The translations under genes and the position numbers were made by a program. This document shows, one piece after another, positions 1 to 13,528 of a stretch of DNA of 64,000 bases. Each line of letters begins with the position of its first letter. Position 1 is the first letter of the stretch. The notes under the pieces were generated by a model. That model ran no database searches and was not told the origin of the DNA. It saw only the letters and a list, made by a program, of their open reading frames with translations. The stretch is from Hypanus sabinus (Eukaryota): contig NC_082707.1 of assembly GCF_030144855.1 (NCBI RefSeq), forward strand, positions 185,504,001 to 185,568,000, in the 5' to 3' direction.

Positions 1-185
1 AGGGTGATGAGAATATGGAACAAGCTGCCTGCGGAAGCGATGGATGCAGGTTGGGGTTCATGGATAAGTACATGGATAGGAGTGGTATGGAGGGCTATGG
101 TTCAGGAGCAGGTTGATGAAACTAGGTAGAATAGTTTGGAGAGGATAGGCGGAAGGACCCGTTTCTGTTCTGTAGTGCTGTATGA
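1..185 (+). mobile_element. CR1 LINE 3' end fragment
   Basis: Degenerate RVxxxWNxLP-coding stretch, then the typical CR1 3' UTR (GGGC..AAGG.CCcGTTTCTGTtCTGTA) seen in other copies in the window. Confidence 0.75.
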
Positions 186-886
186 ATTGGGATGTAGAGT
201 GCAATGTAACAGAATAAATAAAATAACTGTCTAGTGACTTCACTTCCCCTGCAGGAATGAAGAGCCAATTTTTTCTACTTCGGCATTTACTGGCATATTC
301 TTCCACCTTTCGATGTTATTAATGGGTGAGCAACTACTGATAGAGTAAAGCTCACTAACTCCTTGCTCTGGGACACTGCTGACACACTTGCAAAGGCAAC
401 GCTGGGATTGGGATGTTGGTTGTGGAGATGATCCAGGCTCTGAGAGTTTGTATTGTTGGCTGTGAGTGCAGACACAGAAAGGGTTAGGCATTTCTGGGTT
501 GGCTGTCACATTACATAGTACTTTGGAGTTGACTGTTTGCAGGACTGTAAAGTTTCTTGTAGGCGGTCAATACCGTTTTATGTCCCACATGAGCCTCTTC
601 AAACCCTTTCCATGTCAGCAAATTTTTCTCCTTAAGTGTTTGTTATGATTCCAGTACTTTTGGTTCAAGATAGAACAATTAATTGTGCCATTCCAAAATT
701 GAAATTTAACTTTCTGAAATTCAGTTTTTCTGGAAAAACAAAGAAGTGTTGTAGAGGGGTTCCCCGAGTTACGAGTGATTTAATTCTCAGAAATCAAACT
801 CTACTAAATTCTCCATACATTTTAAAGCATTTTTAAGTTAATAATAAAATGTTTTGTGGTGTTTATTAATGGCTCGATACAGTATA

Positions 887-1437
887 CACTCAGTGGCCAC
901 TATATTAGTTACCTTATACCTAATTAAATGGCGACTGAGTGCATGTTCATGGTCTTCTGGTGCTGTAGCCCATCCAGTTCAAGGTTCAACATGTGCATTC
1001 AGAGATGCTCTTCAGCATGCCACTTGTAATGAGCGGTTATTTGAGTTAGTGTTTCCTTTCTGTCAGCTTGAACCATTCTGGTCATTCTACTCTGACCTCT
1101 TTCATCGACAAGATGTTTTCACCCACAGAACTGCCACTCATTGGATTTTTTTTGTGTTTTGCACCATTCTCTGTAAACTCTAGAGACTAGTGTGCATGAA
1201 AATCCCAGGAGATCAGCAGTTTGAGATACTCAAACCACCCCATCTGGCACCAACGATCATTCCACAGTCAATATCATTTAGATCACATTTCTTCCTCATT
1301 CGGACAATTGGTATGAACAACAATTAAACCTCTTGACCGTGTCTTCATGCTTCTGTGCATTCAGTTGTTACCTCATAATTGGCTTAGTTGATATTTGCAT
1401 TAACAAGTGGTGTACCTAATGAAGTGGCCTCTGAGTA
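887..1437 (-). mobile_element. Non-autonomous Tc1/mariner derivative (MITE-like) with a third TIR copy
   Basis: TA|CACTCAGTGGCCACTATATTAG at the left end and CTAATGAAGTGGCCTCTGAGTA|TA at the right end. Reverse-complement homologue of 58811-59330, with transposase HTH remnant inside. Confidence 0.8.
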
Positions 1438-2249
1438 TATGTTCCATTAATTTAATTGTGGGTAGTTTTAGGGTGATTATTTAATGAAAGAATTATGGTG
1501 TTTGTAGAATAATACAATATGGGTAGATCCCTAAAAGATATTTCTGTTTCACAGTAAAATTGGATTAAGGACAGTTCTCTGGAATGGCACGTATGCCTAA
1601 TCCAAGAGCAGCCTGTATACTACTTGAGGTGCAGAGTGGAAATTCTCATTATTGCAAGACTGAACATTTGGGGTGAATTGCTGATATTAACATAGAAGCT
1701 TGCTGACTTGTCTAATGTCGAGGGCCCCAGTCTGAGAACAGCCTGCAGTTCCAGTAAATTCAGACTGAGTGATGGCTCAAGTGCGACAAGTTTCACTAAA
1801 ATGTATTTCAATCATTTTAGAGGACTATTAATTAATTTTAACATGTATTCAGGGAGATTAGAATTGTACTGGAGCTACTTAAATTACATGGTATTTTCCG
1901 GTGAAAATCATAAATCTGATCTGTCTGTATTTATCAATGTACAGTGTTGCTGGGGAATCAAATATAGGAGCTATAAAGTCAGGAGCCCTTGCCAAATGAA
2001 CCAACTTAAATGATAAGTGAGTTGGCGCACCCAGAATTTGATCCTAGAGTTTGGGATCCTGACATCACCTAGTCTGGGTGTCAATCGAAGGCTGAAGCCC
2101 GATTAGCCCAAGTTTAAGACTGGACGCCTGTCCTGCAGTTGGAGGACTGTCCAGTGTGCGTGAGTGGGAAGGAGCAGAGGAAGGAAAGGGGCTGGTTTTA
2201 CTGATGTTATTTTGTTGCTTCTTGTGTTTATTGTTGTTCTGCCGAGTTT

Positions 2250-3200
2250 TATGCCTCAGGGATCTGTACTGGGTCCAGTGTTGTTTGTCTTATACATTAA
2301 TGATCTGGATGATGGGGTGGTAAATTGGATTAGCAAGTTTGCAGATGATACTTAAGATAGGTGGCGTTGTGGATAATGAAGTAAGTTTTCAAGGCTTGCA
2401 GAGAGATTTAGGCCAGTTAGAGGTGCGGGCTGAAAGATGGCAGATGGAGTTTAATGTTGATAAGTGTGACGTGCTACATTTTGGTAGGACTAATCAAAAT
2501 AGGACGTACAGTAGAACAGAGTAATCTAGGAATAATGGTGCATAGTTCCCTGAAGGTGGATAGGGTGGTGAAGAAAGCTTTTGGTATGCTGGCCTTTATA
2601 AATCAAAGCATTGAGTATAGGAGTTGGGATGTAATGTTAAAATCATACAAGGCATTGGTGAGGCCAAATTTGGAGTAGTATACAGTTCTGGTCACCGAAT
2701 TATAGGAAAGATGTCAACAAAATAGAGAGTACAGAGCAGATTTACTAGAATGTTACCTGGGTTTCAGCACCTAAGTTACAGAGAAAGGTTGAACAAGTTA
2801 GATCTTTATTCTTTGGAGCATAGAAGGTTGAGGGGGGACTTGATAGAGGTATTTAAAATTATGAGGGGGATAGATAGAGTTAACATGGATAGGCTTTTTC
2901 CATTGAGAGTAGGGGAGATTCAAACAAGAGGACATGAGTTGAGAGTTAAGGGGCAAAGTTTAGAGGTAACATAAGGGGGAACTTCTTTACTCAGAGAGTG
3001 GTAGCTGTGTGGAACGAGCTTTCAGTAGAAGTGGTAGAGGCAGGTTCAATATTGTAATAAAAAATTGGATAGGTGTATTGGACAGGAAAGGAATGGAGGG
3101 TTATGGGCTGAGTGCAGGTCGGTGGGACTAGGTGAGAGTAAGCATTCGGCACGGACTAGAAGGGCTGTGATGGCCTGTTTCTGTGCTGTAATTGTTATAT
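2250..3200 (+). mobile_element. CR1 LINE, 5'-truncated (RT C-terminal half + 3' UTR)
   Basis: [36 protein letters not shown] and RRLRGDLIEVFKIM motifs across frameshifted ORFs. Confidence 0.95.
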
Positions 3201-4414
3201 GTTGTGGACATGTAATGATGGCACTGGAATGTGTGATGACATTTGCAGGCTGGCCCCAGCACGTCCTTAAGTATGTTGGTTGTTAATGCAAATAATACTT
3301 TTCACTGTATGTTAACATGTACGTCTGATAAATACATCAGAATCTAATGAATGAGGGTTGAAATAAACAAGACAGTTGTGAGAACTTTCCCGAAGTCATT
3401 GTTATGGCACCATTAAATCTTTGAAGTATATAGGAATTTATAGCTTAGTCCCCCAAAATGAAAAACTTTGGTGAGTTATTTTTTCCATATTTCTCATGAC
3501 TTTGTTTATTAAGTGTTTGAAGTATTAATTTAACTCTGCAACTTCGTGGGACATCACCATGCTGTATCCGTACTATAACCTCTAGTTTTTAAAAATATAA
3601 TTATTCTTATAATTGTTGAATATTGTTCTTTTGGTTGCCTAATGTGCCAGTAGACTACAGTAAATTCACAGTATGCATGTATTAGTGAATGAAGTTAATC
3701 ATTGATCCTTCAGTTTACAAGTGTGATCCTGAGATTCTAACTATCACATTAGATTTTTGTTCCACTCTTAGTCTAACATCTGGGCTCCTGTACTATTTTC
3801 CTATGTAGCTTAGCCATGAGCTTAAAGCATAATATCTCACCTTTTAATTACAGACTTTTGGATTCATAACTAAATTGAACAATTTCAAAATGATGCGGCT
3901 TTTCTCATTTACACCCCGTTTTAAAGCCATCTTTTTTGTTTTTGTTTTCCCATCACTTTTACTTTGCAATATTGTTTTTATTCCTTCTCCTGCATCTTCC
4001 CTTTTATTATTTCTTCATTCTTTGCAACATCTTACAACTAGTTTATCACAAGAATACAGATACTTGTTTCTTCAGATTTCTGCTATACGCTGGGCGTTCT
4101 GTCTATTTTTGTACTTGCTCTTTTTCCAGGACCCTACTTAGATTTTGATAGTATAGAAATTGCCTATCCCACGCTATAGGATTCCATAGCAGTGAGCCAT
4201 TGTTGATCAGACAATGTTGTATGTTGGCAAGTCACTCGCTGTTTTAAGTTCACATGATCTCTGGCTCCATCTCTGCTTCTCTCTGGTCTCTATTATTCCT
4301 CTGGACCAGTTCAGGGAGGTCATAGAATCATAGTGCACTGCAGCATTAAAACAAGCCCTTCAGCTGATTAGTTTCTGAAGGTCACTTGTTTAATGATAAG
4401 ATTTTAAATATTAA

Positions 4415-4920
4415 GCAACACACGTAAAATGCTGGAGGAGCTCAGCAGGCCAGACAGCATCTATGGAAAAAAGTACAGTCTACATTTTGGACCAAGACCC
4501 TTTGGCAGGGCTCGAGAAAAAAAGATGGGTAGATTTAAAAGGTGGGAGAGAGGAGAGAGAAGTGCAAGGTGATGGGTGAGACCAGGAGGGGGAGGGATGA
4601 ATTAAATAGCTGGGAAGTTGATTGATGAAAGAGATACAGGACTGGAGAAATGGGGGTCTGATAGGAGAGATCAGAAGGCCATGGAAGAAAGAAGAGAGGG
4701 GAGGAGTACCAGTGGGAGGCGATGGGCAGGCAAGGAGATACGGTGAGAGAGGGAAAGGGGGATGGGAAATGGTGAAGTGCGGGTGGGAATTACCAGAAGT
4801 TCAAGGAATCGATGTCCATGCCATCAGGTTGGAGGCTACCCAGACGGAATACAAGGTTTTGTACCTCCAACCTAAGAGTGATCTCATCACGACAGTAGAG
4901 AAGGCCATGGATAGACATAT
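4415..4920 (-). mobile_element. Penelope-like element 3' fragment (GIY-YIG C-terminus + purine-rich UTR + pLTR)
   Basis: Minus strand encodes degenerate ..FRLGSLQPDGMDID..; pLTR with a degenerate hammerhead at ~4478-4510. Confidence 0.7.
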
Positions 4921-4924
4921 CAGA

Positions 4925-5165
4925 ATATTAACTTTATTTGTCAGGGGTACATTGAAACACACAGTGATATGCATCGTGCCTGCAAGTGTTGGAATGCTTC
5001 CAGTGCCAATATAGCATGCCAACAACTTGCTAATCCTAACTCTAACCCATACATTTTTTGGAATCCACGAGGAATCTGGAGCACTCAGAGGAAACCGATG
5101 CAGACATGGGGAGAATGTGCACACTCCTTACAGATGGCAACGAGTATCAAACCCCAATCTCTGTA
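4925..5165 (-). mobile_element. V-SINE/HE1-type SINE
   Basis: Reverse complement of the V-domain CTGTAAGGAGT.TG.ACATTCTCCCCATGTCTGCATCGGTTTCCTC.GAGTGCTCC. Confidence 0.75.
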
Positions 5166-5655
5166 TAAATAGAAATTAAACATTTATTTGTAATTAAAAG
5201 CCAGGCTGTGATGCAGTGAGGGAATGAAAAAGTGGATTATTTGGTAAAACATTGCCACCCATTTGTAGAGTGTGAAAGATGGCAGTGCATTATTCACAGA
5301 AGACCAGGGGAATTTTAATTCTTGTCAAAGTGGTGGTGATGCACACTGACTGATTAAAATCTCGCCATTGATACTAAATTCAAGGTTTTTTTTCCAGGCT
5401 AGCGATGCAATATACTCCTGTCATTTTGCGGTTAGAGTTGAGGATTGTGTTTACTTAAAGCTGCAAATTTGTACTAATCAGTTAATACTAGGTATGTTAA
5501 TGTGTGGCTGATTTAAGAGATCAGTGATTTTTGGTTTTGTTTCTTCTGTTGGTGGTATTACGTTTCATTTCCTTTCCATTCAGATCACCAGCACAAAATT
5601 ACATGAGTGCGTAATTTCTAAGGCCCATAATCAGAATCAGAAATAGGTTTATTAT

Positions 5656-6284
5656 AAACACAAGAGATTGTGCAAATCCTGGAAATCTAGAGAACACACA
5701 CACAATGCTGGAGGAACTCAGCAAGTCAGGCAGCACCAATGGAGGGGAATAAACAATTGATACTTCAGGCTGTGACCCTTCATCAGGACCAGAAAGGAAG
5801 GGGAATGAAGCCAGAATAAGGCAGGGGGAGGTGCAAGCTGGCAGGTAATAGGTGAGGTGAGGGAGAAGGTGGCTGGTGACAAGAGGATGAAATGAGAAGC
5901 TGGGAGTTGATAGGTAGAAGAGGTAAAGGGCTGAAAAAGAAGGAATCTAATGGAGGACAGTGGACCAAGCGAGAGAGGGAAGAAGGAGGGACAGTAGAGG
6001 GAGGTGGTGATAGGCAGGTGAGGAGATGGGAGTGAAGGGGAACCAGAATGAGGAATCAAAAAAGTGAGAAGGAGGGATGGGAGAGAAATTACTCGAAGTT
6101 AGAGAAATCAGTGTTCATGTCATCAGGTTGGAGACAACACAGGTGGGATACAAGGTGTTGCTCTTCCAGCTTGAGTGTGGCCTCATTGCAGCAGTAGGAC
6201 GGGCCATGGACCAATATGTTGGAATGGGAAGTTGAATTGAAATTAGTAACCATCAGGAAATCCTGCCTTTTGTGGTGGACGGCA
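5656..6284 (-). mobile_element. Penelope-like element 3' fragment
   Basis: ORF 6089-6292: NFNSTSHS..VHG..CCNEATLKLEEQHLVSHLCCLQPDDMNTDFSNF, matching the PLE GIY-YIG endonuclease C-terminus; pLTR at ~5656-5790. Confidence 0.8.
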
Positions 6285-6671
6285 ACCAGCATAAAATTAC
6301 ATTAGAGCATAATTTTTGTAGCCCGTAATCAGAATCAGGTTTATTATCGCTGTCTTATATGACATGAAGTGTGTTGCTTTGCAGCAGCAGTACAGTGTAA
6401 AGATCTATAAATTATAATAAATTATGAAATAAATTGTGCAGTTAAAGAGGAATAATGAGTTAGTGCTCATGGCATTCAGAAATCTGATAATGGAGGGGAG
6501 GGAAATGGCCTCTAAATTGTTGACTTTAGGTCTTCAGGCTCTTGTACCTCCTCCTTGATGGTAGTACAAGATAAACATAAGAGATTCTGCAGATGCTGGA
6601 TTCCCTGAGGTACACACACAAAATGTTGGAAGAACTCAGAGGGTCAGTCAGCATCTATGCAAATGAATAAA

Positions 6672-6708
6672 CAGTTGACTTTTCAGGCCGAGACCCTTCA
6701 TCAGGACT
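6672..6708 (-). ncRNA. Minimal type I hammerhead ribozyme motif in Penelope pLTR
   Basis: Minus strand AGTC-CTGATGA-A-GGGTCTCGGCCT-GAAA-AGTC-AACTG; core boxes intact, stems I and III imperfect. Confidence 0.6.
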
Positions 6709-7419
6709 CGCGGTGAATCTTGTACTCTGAAATCCTTCGAATATCATTACCTGTTAGTTCACATTGCAACTGCCACCTTCAGTATCTCATGTAAATAGGC
6801 TGAAACTGAACATTTTGCAGTTGTGATGCACTGTATAATGGCAACATTAAACTTCTATTCGATGTCCACCAGTTACACATTCAGAACAGACACTGGCATC
6901 ATCTGCTGGCTGAGGAGAAAACAATTGGTTCTCATATTTTGAACCCCAACAGTTGCTTTCCTTTGAGAGCATACATGTTGAATTCAAATTGACCAAATGG
7001 TGCATTTTGCTTAAATATACACATCTCTAAGTGCATTAAGTCATACTATTTACCAATTTTCTAGTGCTATCTGAGATGTTATAAGCAGTTTGTATAGATT
7101 GATCAGGTTCATGAGATCCACTGCACAGTTCTCTAGTATTGGTCTTTGCTCAAATCCAATAATGATTTGCTATCAAGGAATTGAAAGCAATCATTGATGG
7201 GAGTGAGCCGATTACACAAAGGATGTTTTTAAAAGATTATATAACCTGGGCAATGCACAAGTGACATTAATTTTTATGGATGCCATCTTTTTTTAAATAT
7301 TTGAGACTGAGAATTGGCAACCGTTCCTCCTCTGCTGTCATCAGTATGGGACTTCATGTACCTAGTACTATTCCCATCTGTCAGACACATAGTAATGTAC
7401 TGTATTCCCATTTCTGTAT

Positions 7420-9450
7420 CATTCCCCAGTGCTATCCTGTGGGATACAGGTCCTTTGGCCTAACAAGTCCATGCTGACCATGGTGCCCATCCAGATAGTC
7501 CCAATTTCCTGCATTCGGCCCATAGCTCTCTAAGACCCACCACTGCAGCTTCTTCTCCTCTGCCATCCGATTCCTGAATGGACATTGAACCCGTGAACAC
7601 TACTTAATTTTTTTTATTATTTCTGTTTTTGCACTATTTTTAATTTAACTATTTAATATACGTATGTATACTTACTGTAATTGATTTACTTATTTTTTTC
7701 TGTATTATCATGTACATCATTGTATTGCTGCCACTAAGTTAACAGATTTCACAACATATGCTGGTGATAATTGAATCTGATTCTGATTCACCACATACCT
7801 ATTCAAGTGCTGCTTAAATAATACTTTTGTACCTGCCTGAACCACTTCCTCTGGTAGCTCAGTCCATATACCTACAACTCTGTATGACAACATGCCCCTC
7901 AGGTTCCTGTTAAATCCTACCCCCTCACATTACACCTATGCCCTCTAATTCTTGATTCCCCAAACCCTGGAAAGAGACTGTTACCCATTATTTATGCCCC
8001 TCATAATTTTATAAGCCTCCATAAGATCGCCCTTCTTTCTCCTATACTCCAAAGGAATGAAGACCAAGCCTTACTAGCATATCTCTATAATCCAGGCCCT
8101 CCAGTCATGGCACAGGTTTGTAATTTCTTTCGGCACCCTTTCCAGTTTAGTCAGATCTTTACTGTAGTATGGTGACCAAAGTTGTACACAGTACTCCAAG
8201 TGCAGCCTCACCAATGACTTGTACAACTGCAACATAATGTCCCAGCTCCTATACTCATTGTTCTGACTAATGAAGGCCAACACACCCTGTCTACCAGGAA
8301 AGCCAATTTCAGTGAGTTCTACACATGTTCTCCTAGGTCCCTCTGTACGTTTACACTTCCTGGTGCTCTGCCAGTTATAGCGCAGGTCTGATGTTGCTCT
8401 GATTTAACAAAATGGATCACCTCATACTTCGCTGTTTTAAAATCCATTTCCCACTCTTCGGTCCACTTCCTTAAGTGATCAAAGTCATCCTTTTAATCTC
8501 TGGTAATCTTCACCATCAGCAACACCTCCTAATTTCATGTCATCTGCAGATTTACTGATCAATCCCTGTGCATGCTGCTCCTGGACACTTACTGTCACGC
8601 TCTTCAAAATCCTCCTCCTTGCTGTTCATTCCTTTCCTTCCTACAGGCTCACCCAATCAGACTAGATCCTGTCTAATTTCCTCAGAATTTGCTGTTTAGG
8701 TATCCTAGCCTGTGGACCTGTCCGATCATTTTCCATCACTGTCTTAAATAAAAGTAATAGAGTTATGGTGACGAGAGCCAAAGTGCTTCCTGAGTGCCCT
8801 GCCTTGTTCCCTAACAGGAGGTCCAGTACTGCTCCCTCACTAGTAGGAGGGTTGCTTGTTCCTTTTATGTGTTAACTGTAGAAACTCTCCTGGACACATT
8901 TCACAAATCCTGTCCAGACCTTTAACACTCTGGATGGCCCAGTCTGTACTGAGGAAATTAAAATCTCCCATTAATACAACCCTATTATTTTTACAATTAT
9001 GAACAATTCCCCTACACACCTGCTTCTCAAATTCCAGCTAAATTTTGGGTAGGCGAGGGTTCCATAATACAGCTCCACTAGATTGACCATAAGACATAGG
9101 AGCGGAGTTAGGCTATTCAGCCCATCAAGTCTGCTGCACCATTCCATCATGGCCAATTTAATTTCCCCATTATCCTGCCTTCTCCTCAAAAACCTTTGAT
9201 GCCTTAATTAGTCAAGAACCTATCAACCTCCGCTTTAAATATACCCAACAACTTGGCCTTCAGAGCCATCAGTGGCAATGAATTCGACAGATTCACCACC
9301 CTTTGACTAAGGAAATTCTCCTCATCTCTGTTCTAAAGGGACCTCCTCCTATTCTGAAGCTGTGCCTTTTGGTCCTCAACTCATTCAGCCACCCTGTCTT
9401 GGCCTTGCATTATTTGATACACTTTAATAAGGTCTCCCCTCATTCTTGTT
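7420..9450 (-). mobile_element. CR1 LINE fragments (RT C-terminus, endonuclease pieces, 3' UTRs) with a nested REX/Babar tail at ~7545-7790
   Basis: ORF 8074-8283 LYKSLVRLHLEYCVQLWSP; CR1 3' UTR (CATAAGACATAGGAGC..) at ~9088-9450. Confidence 0.85.
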
Positions 9451-10555
9451 GTTTCTAAATTTTACTAATGTGGCCTCACTGGGTGGGTTTCCCCAAGAAT
9501 GCCACCTCTGAGTACTTTTTCACTCACCTGTTCACTGAACTGTTTCCACAACCTATGGACTCACTTTTCGAGGACTCTTCTTATGTTCTCAATATTTATT
9601 GTTTGTTTATTTATGTATTTGAGCAGTTTGTTGTCTTTTTCACATTGGTTGGCCTTCCTGTTGGGTTTGGGCTTTCACTGATTCTATTGTGTTTCTTGTA
9701 TTTAATATGAATGTCCTCAGGAAAATGAATCTCAGGTCTGTATGTGGTGACATATGTACTTCGATAATAAACTTACTTCAAACTTCAACTTTGAACTTTG
9801 CTGTTACATCTTTTTCAAAAAAGCTACACCCCCCACAACACACATAAAATGCTGGAGGAACTCAGCAGGCCAGGCAGCATCGATGGATAAAAGTACTGTC
9901 GACACTTTGAGCTGAGATGACTGTAAGGTCAACTGTACCTTTTTCCATAGATTTCTTTACTTGTCTATTTGTTTTTTTTTTATTTGCGCAGATTGACTTC
10001 CTTTGCATATTGATTGTAAGTCTTTGCGTGCATTGATTCTATAGTATTTCTTTGTTCTACTGTGAATGCCTGCAAGAAAATAAATCTATGGTGACATATA
10101 CGTACTTTGATAATTAATTTAGTTTGACTTTGAACTTAGTGTTCTGTTGGATGTGAGGAGCTTCAGCTCCCAAATATTAACTTCTCTGATCCAAATCACT
10201 CTCTGTTTGACATGTCCACACTGTTACTTCTCTAATTTTAGCCTCTTTGTGACCCCCACCCCATTATTACTTCCCTAATCCTTTCCTTATTTTTCTTGTA
10301 ACCCTGTTTCTCGTGAGCTTTTCTTGCAGTCACATGCATCAGCCAAAGCATCAAAGCTTTATTGTGTAGATGATGTGTGCGCTCAAAATCTAGATTTGAT
10401 TTCACCTGTATTGCCAAATTCAAATAGCTGTGCCTTAATACAGTATAGAGAGCATTGCTGTGAGATATTCTTCCGTGACTTTCTTTCCCTGCCCCAATTT
10501 CATAATGTACCTGATGAATATTTTTCTAAAAGCTCGTACTTGTGACTGGAGAGGT

Positions 10556-10862
10556 AGTATGGTTACGTAGTGGTTAGCACAACACTTTACAGTGCCAGCT
10601 ATCTGGGTTCAGTGCTCGCACTGCCTGTAAGGAGTTTATATGTTCTCTCCCATGATTACATGTGTTTCCTCTGGATGATCTTGTTCCAAAGTCGTATGGG
10701 TTAGGGTTTAGTGAGCTGTGGATATGCTATGTTGATGCCGGAAGCCAGAGGACACTTGCAGGATGCCTTCAGCACATTCTCAGACTACAGTGGTCGTCGA
10801 TGCAAATGATACATTTGCACTGTACGTTTCAATGAATATGTGACAAATAAAGCTAATCTTTA
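10556..10862 (+). mobile_element. V-SINE/HE1-type tRNA-derived SINE
   Basis: A-box-like GTAGTGGTTAGC, B-box-like GGTTCA, V-domain CTGTAAGGAGTTT..GTTCTC, tail GTGACAAATAAAGCTAATCTT. Confidence 0.8.
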
Positions 10863-11741
10863 AAATCTTTAGGAGTCAATCATTCTCCCAAATTCTTCAG
10901 CCCAAGGGTTCATCCTTGAGCTGATGAGAGATGTATGAAAATCAAACGCTTACTTATTGTCCAAAAGACAGAGTGAAATTAATGGTGTTTCTCATAAAAG
11001 GATGGGAATTCCCATCAAAGAAGATTAAGAGCAGGAAGTGATTAAGTACAGAGGTAATACAAATTAGAGAGGCTGGGCTTACTTTCCCTTAAGGGGAGCA
11101 GGCTGAGAAATAACATGATAGAAATTTCTTAAGGTAGTACAGAAAGGGCTGGTAGTCTTTGTTTCACCTGTGGTTGGGTACCAAAAACAACAGAGCATAG
11201 ATTTAAGGTGAGAGTAAGAAATTTAAAGGGGAACTGAAGGATAAGTTTTTATTCTCAATGTGAAGAGTAGTTGATATCTTGCCAGATGTGGTAGTGGAAT
11301 TTTATATTTTTAAATGCCAAACCTTTGTGCTTGGTGCACAGTTTTCAATAAAGGAAAAGGCCTCAGATCAGACTGGTTCCGGTGAAAATTCATCAACATT
11401 AGTTGCTTGAAGTCTGGGCTTTTTGGCTGGAACCCTGAGTCCAATAGAAAGTTGCAGCTCAGTGTCTGAGAATCAACATGAAATACAGTAAAATCTAAAT
11501 TAGGGAATGTAATTTTTTAAGTGGTGGGAATTAAAAGGTTATAAATTTTTCTGCCACCCTTTCAGTTTACCTTCAGACTTTATACTAAAGAAAATATAAC
11601 TCCTGTGGGATTTGTAACAGTGAAATACAACAATCAATAAGCACGTTGGGCCTGTATGAAGTAAAAATAGGAGGACCAGAATTGTGGGGTTGTGAGTGGC
11701 TGAGATAGCTACCAACTTGATTGGAGATCCATTCACCATGG

Positions 11742-11952
11742 ATCCTCACCACCACTGTTGTGCATTTGCAGCCTATCTTAGTACTTAATTGGATAGTGCA
11801 TATATCATGACTCGACACTTTATGCTCATAACATCTTTATTTCTCATCCTCGTTTCTATGCTCCGTCACATCACATTGTTCTGACCCAACTGATGACATC
11901 ATCACCATACTTGACAAATGTCAAACTGACCTTGCCATTTCAATACACGACA
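11742..11952 (-). mobile_element. Gypsy 5' LTR (11756-11952) + PBS (11742-11754), inverted relative to the element body
   Basis: Reverse complement aligns to the 3' LTR at 15784-15971; TGT...ACA termini; followed on the minus strand by TGGTGGTGAGGAT (TGGCGACGAGGAT-type PBS with CpG decay). Confidence 0.9.
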
Positions 11953-13528
11953 GTCTTAACTCCTCTTTCATATTGGTCCAACGTAAGCCTCAATTCCTTT
12001 CAAATACTCATCTATCTCCGTCTTATATAATTCAAATGATTTGGCTTTTACTGCCCTTGGGGACCGAGAATTCAAGAGAATCCCTACTGTGAGGACACAA
12101 CACATGGCAAAAGGACAGAGGAAAAGAAAGTATACTAATACAAATGAAAGGAAATGCTACATATGTGCAAACACAGATCACCTGGGTAGAGACCCAAAGT
12201 GCCCACATGCAGAAAATGCACTGGAAAAGACCACTTTGCAAAAATGTGCCAGACAAAAGGATTAAAGACACAAAAAGTGAACAATGTTGAGGATGAATGG
12301 AAGGAATTTGCATTTGCTGTTAATGAGACAGAGTCATCTGAAAAAAAACTACTTTTTGTATAGAGGGTGTAAATCTAATAAATGTTGGTAGATTTGGGAG
12401 CCAGAAGTAATTTACTGGGTGAAAATGTATGGGAAAAACTGAAGTCAGAGAAGATTAAAGTCCCATTCATATATTCCTAAGCAGAAGAGAAAACTGTCCC
12501 CATATTCATCCAAAACATCACTGGAGGTTCAGGGGGTGTTTGAATGTGATACAAGTATTGGAAACAGAACAGACCAAGCAGAGTTCATCGTGATAAAAGG
12601 CAATGGTGAACCACTCCTAGTTGAGAAACAGCTACAAGGTTGGGTGTGTTAAAGACTGGAGAAAATGTGTCACTAGTGACAGACGTTAAAAGAGTCACTT
12701 AAGCTGCAGGACCCAAAAATGTTTGAAGGGGTAGGAAATGAACACGAAGCAGATTAATCTGTACATTGATCCAAAGGTACAGCCTGTGGCCCAGACACTC
12801 AGACGCAGACCTTACAACTTAAGGGAGGCTGTTGAAAAAGTATTGAGCATCTAATGAAAATGGACATTATTGAGAAATTTGAAGGCTAAACTCCTTGGGT
12901 TAACCCGGTAGTAATTTTACCAAAACCCAACAAGGACATCAGAATGTGCCTACACATGAGAAGGGCAAATGAAGCAATCATGGGGGAGACATTTCCCATT
13001 CCAACTGCAGATGAGATATGACAGGATATGAATGGAGCTGCAGTGTTTAGCAAATTAGACATGAGATGGGGCTATCACCAGCCAGAACTGACTCCAGAAT
13101 CTGGAGAGATAACCACATTTGCTGTACCTATGGGTGTATAGGTACAAGAAACTGATATTTGGTGTGTCATCAGCCAGTGAGCAGTACCAGCATGAGACAG
13201 CAAAAGCTTTAGCTGAAATCGAGAGAGTTGAGAACAACTGCATGCTGTCATAAAGAGACTCCTAGAGTGTGGACTGACACTGAACCCAGAGAAATGTCAG
13301 TTCAACATAGACAGACTAGTCTTCATGGGATTTCTCTTGTCACAGAAAGGCATCGGAACACAGAGGAGAGAGTGCAAGCAGTAATGAAGGCTCATGAACC
13401 ACAAAACATCTCAAAAGTGAGGAATTTACTAGGTCTTGTTGGCTGCAGCAGCAAATTCATGCCACAGTTTGCAACTTTGTCAGGACTACTGTGCCGATTG
13501 ACCAGGAAGGACAACTAGTTCAAGTATG

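Noticed and set aside
58-836. Several short ORFs at the window start
   Set aside because: No recognisable domains or splice support; lengths expected by chance.
4120-4200. Strong acceptor TTTTTCCAG at ~4129 as a possible exon start
   Set aside because: Stops in all three frames within ~50 nt and only a weak donor.
10556-10625. tRNA gene
   Set aside because: Degenerate tRNA-derived SINE head; no cloverleaf can be formed.
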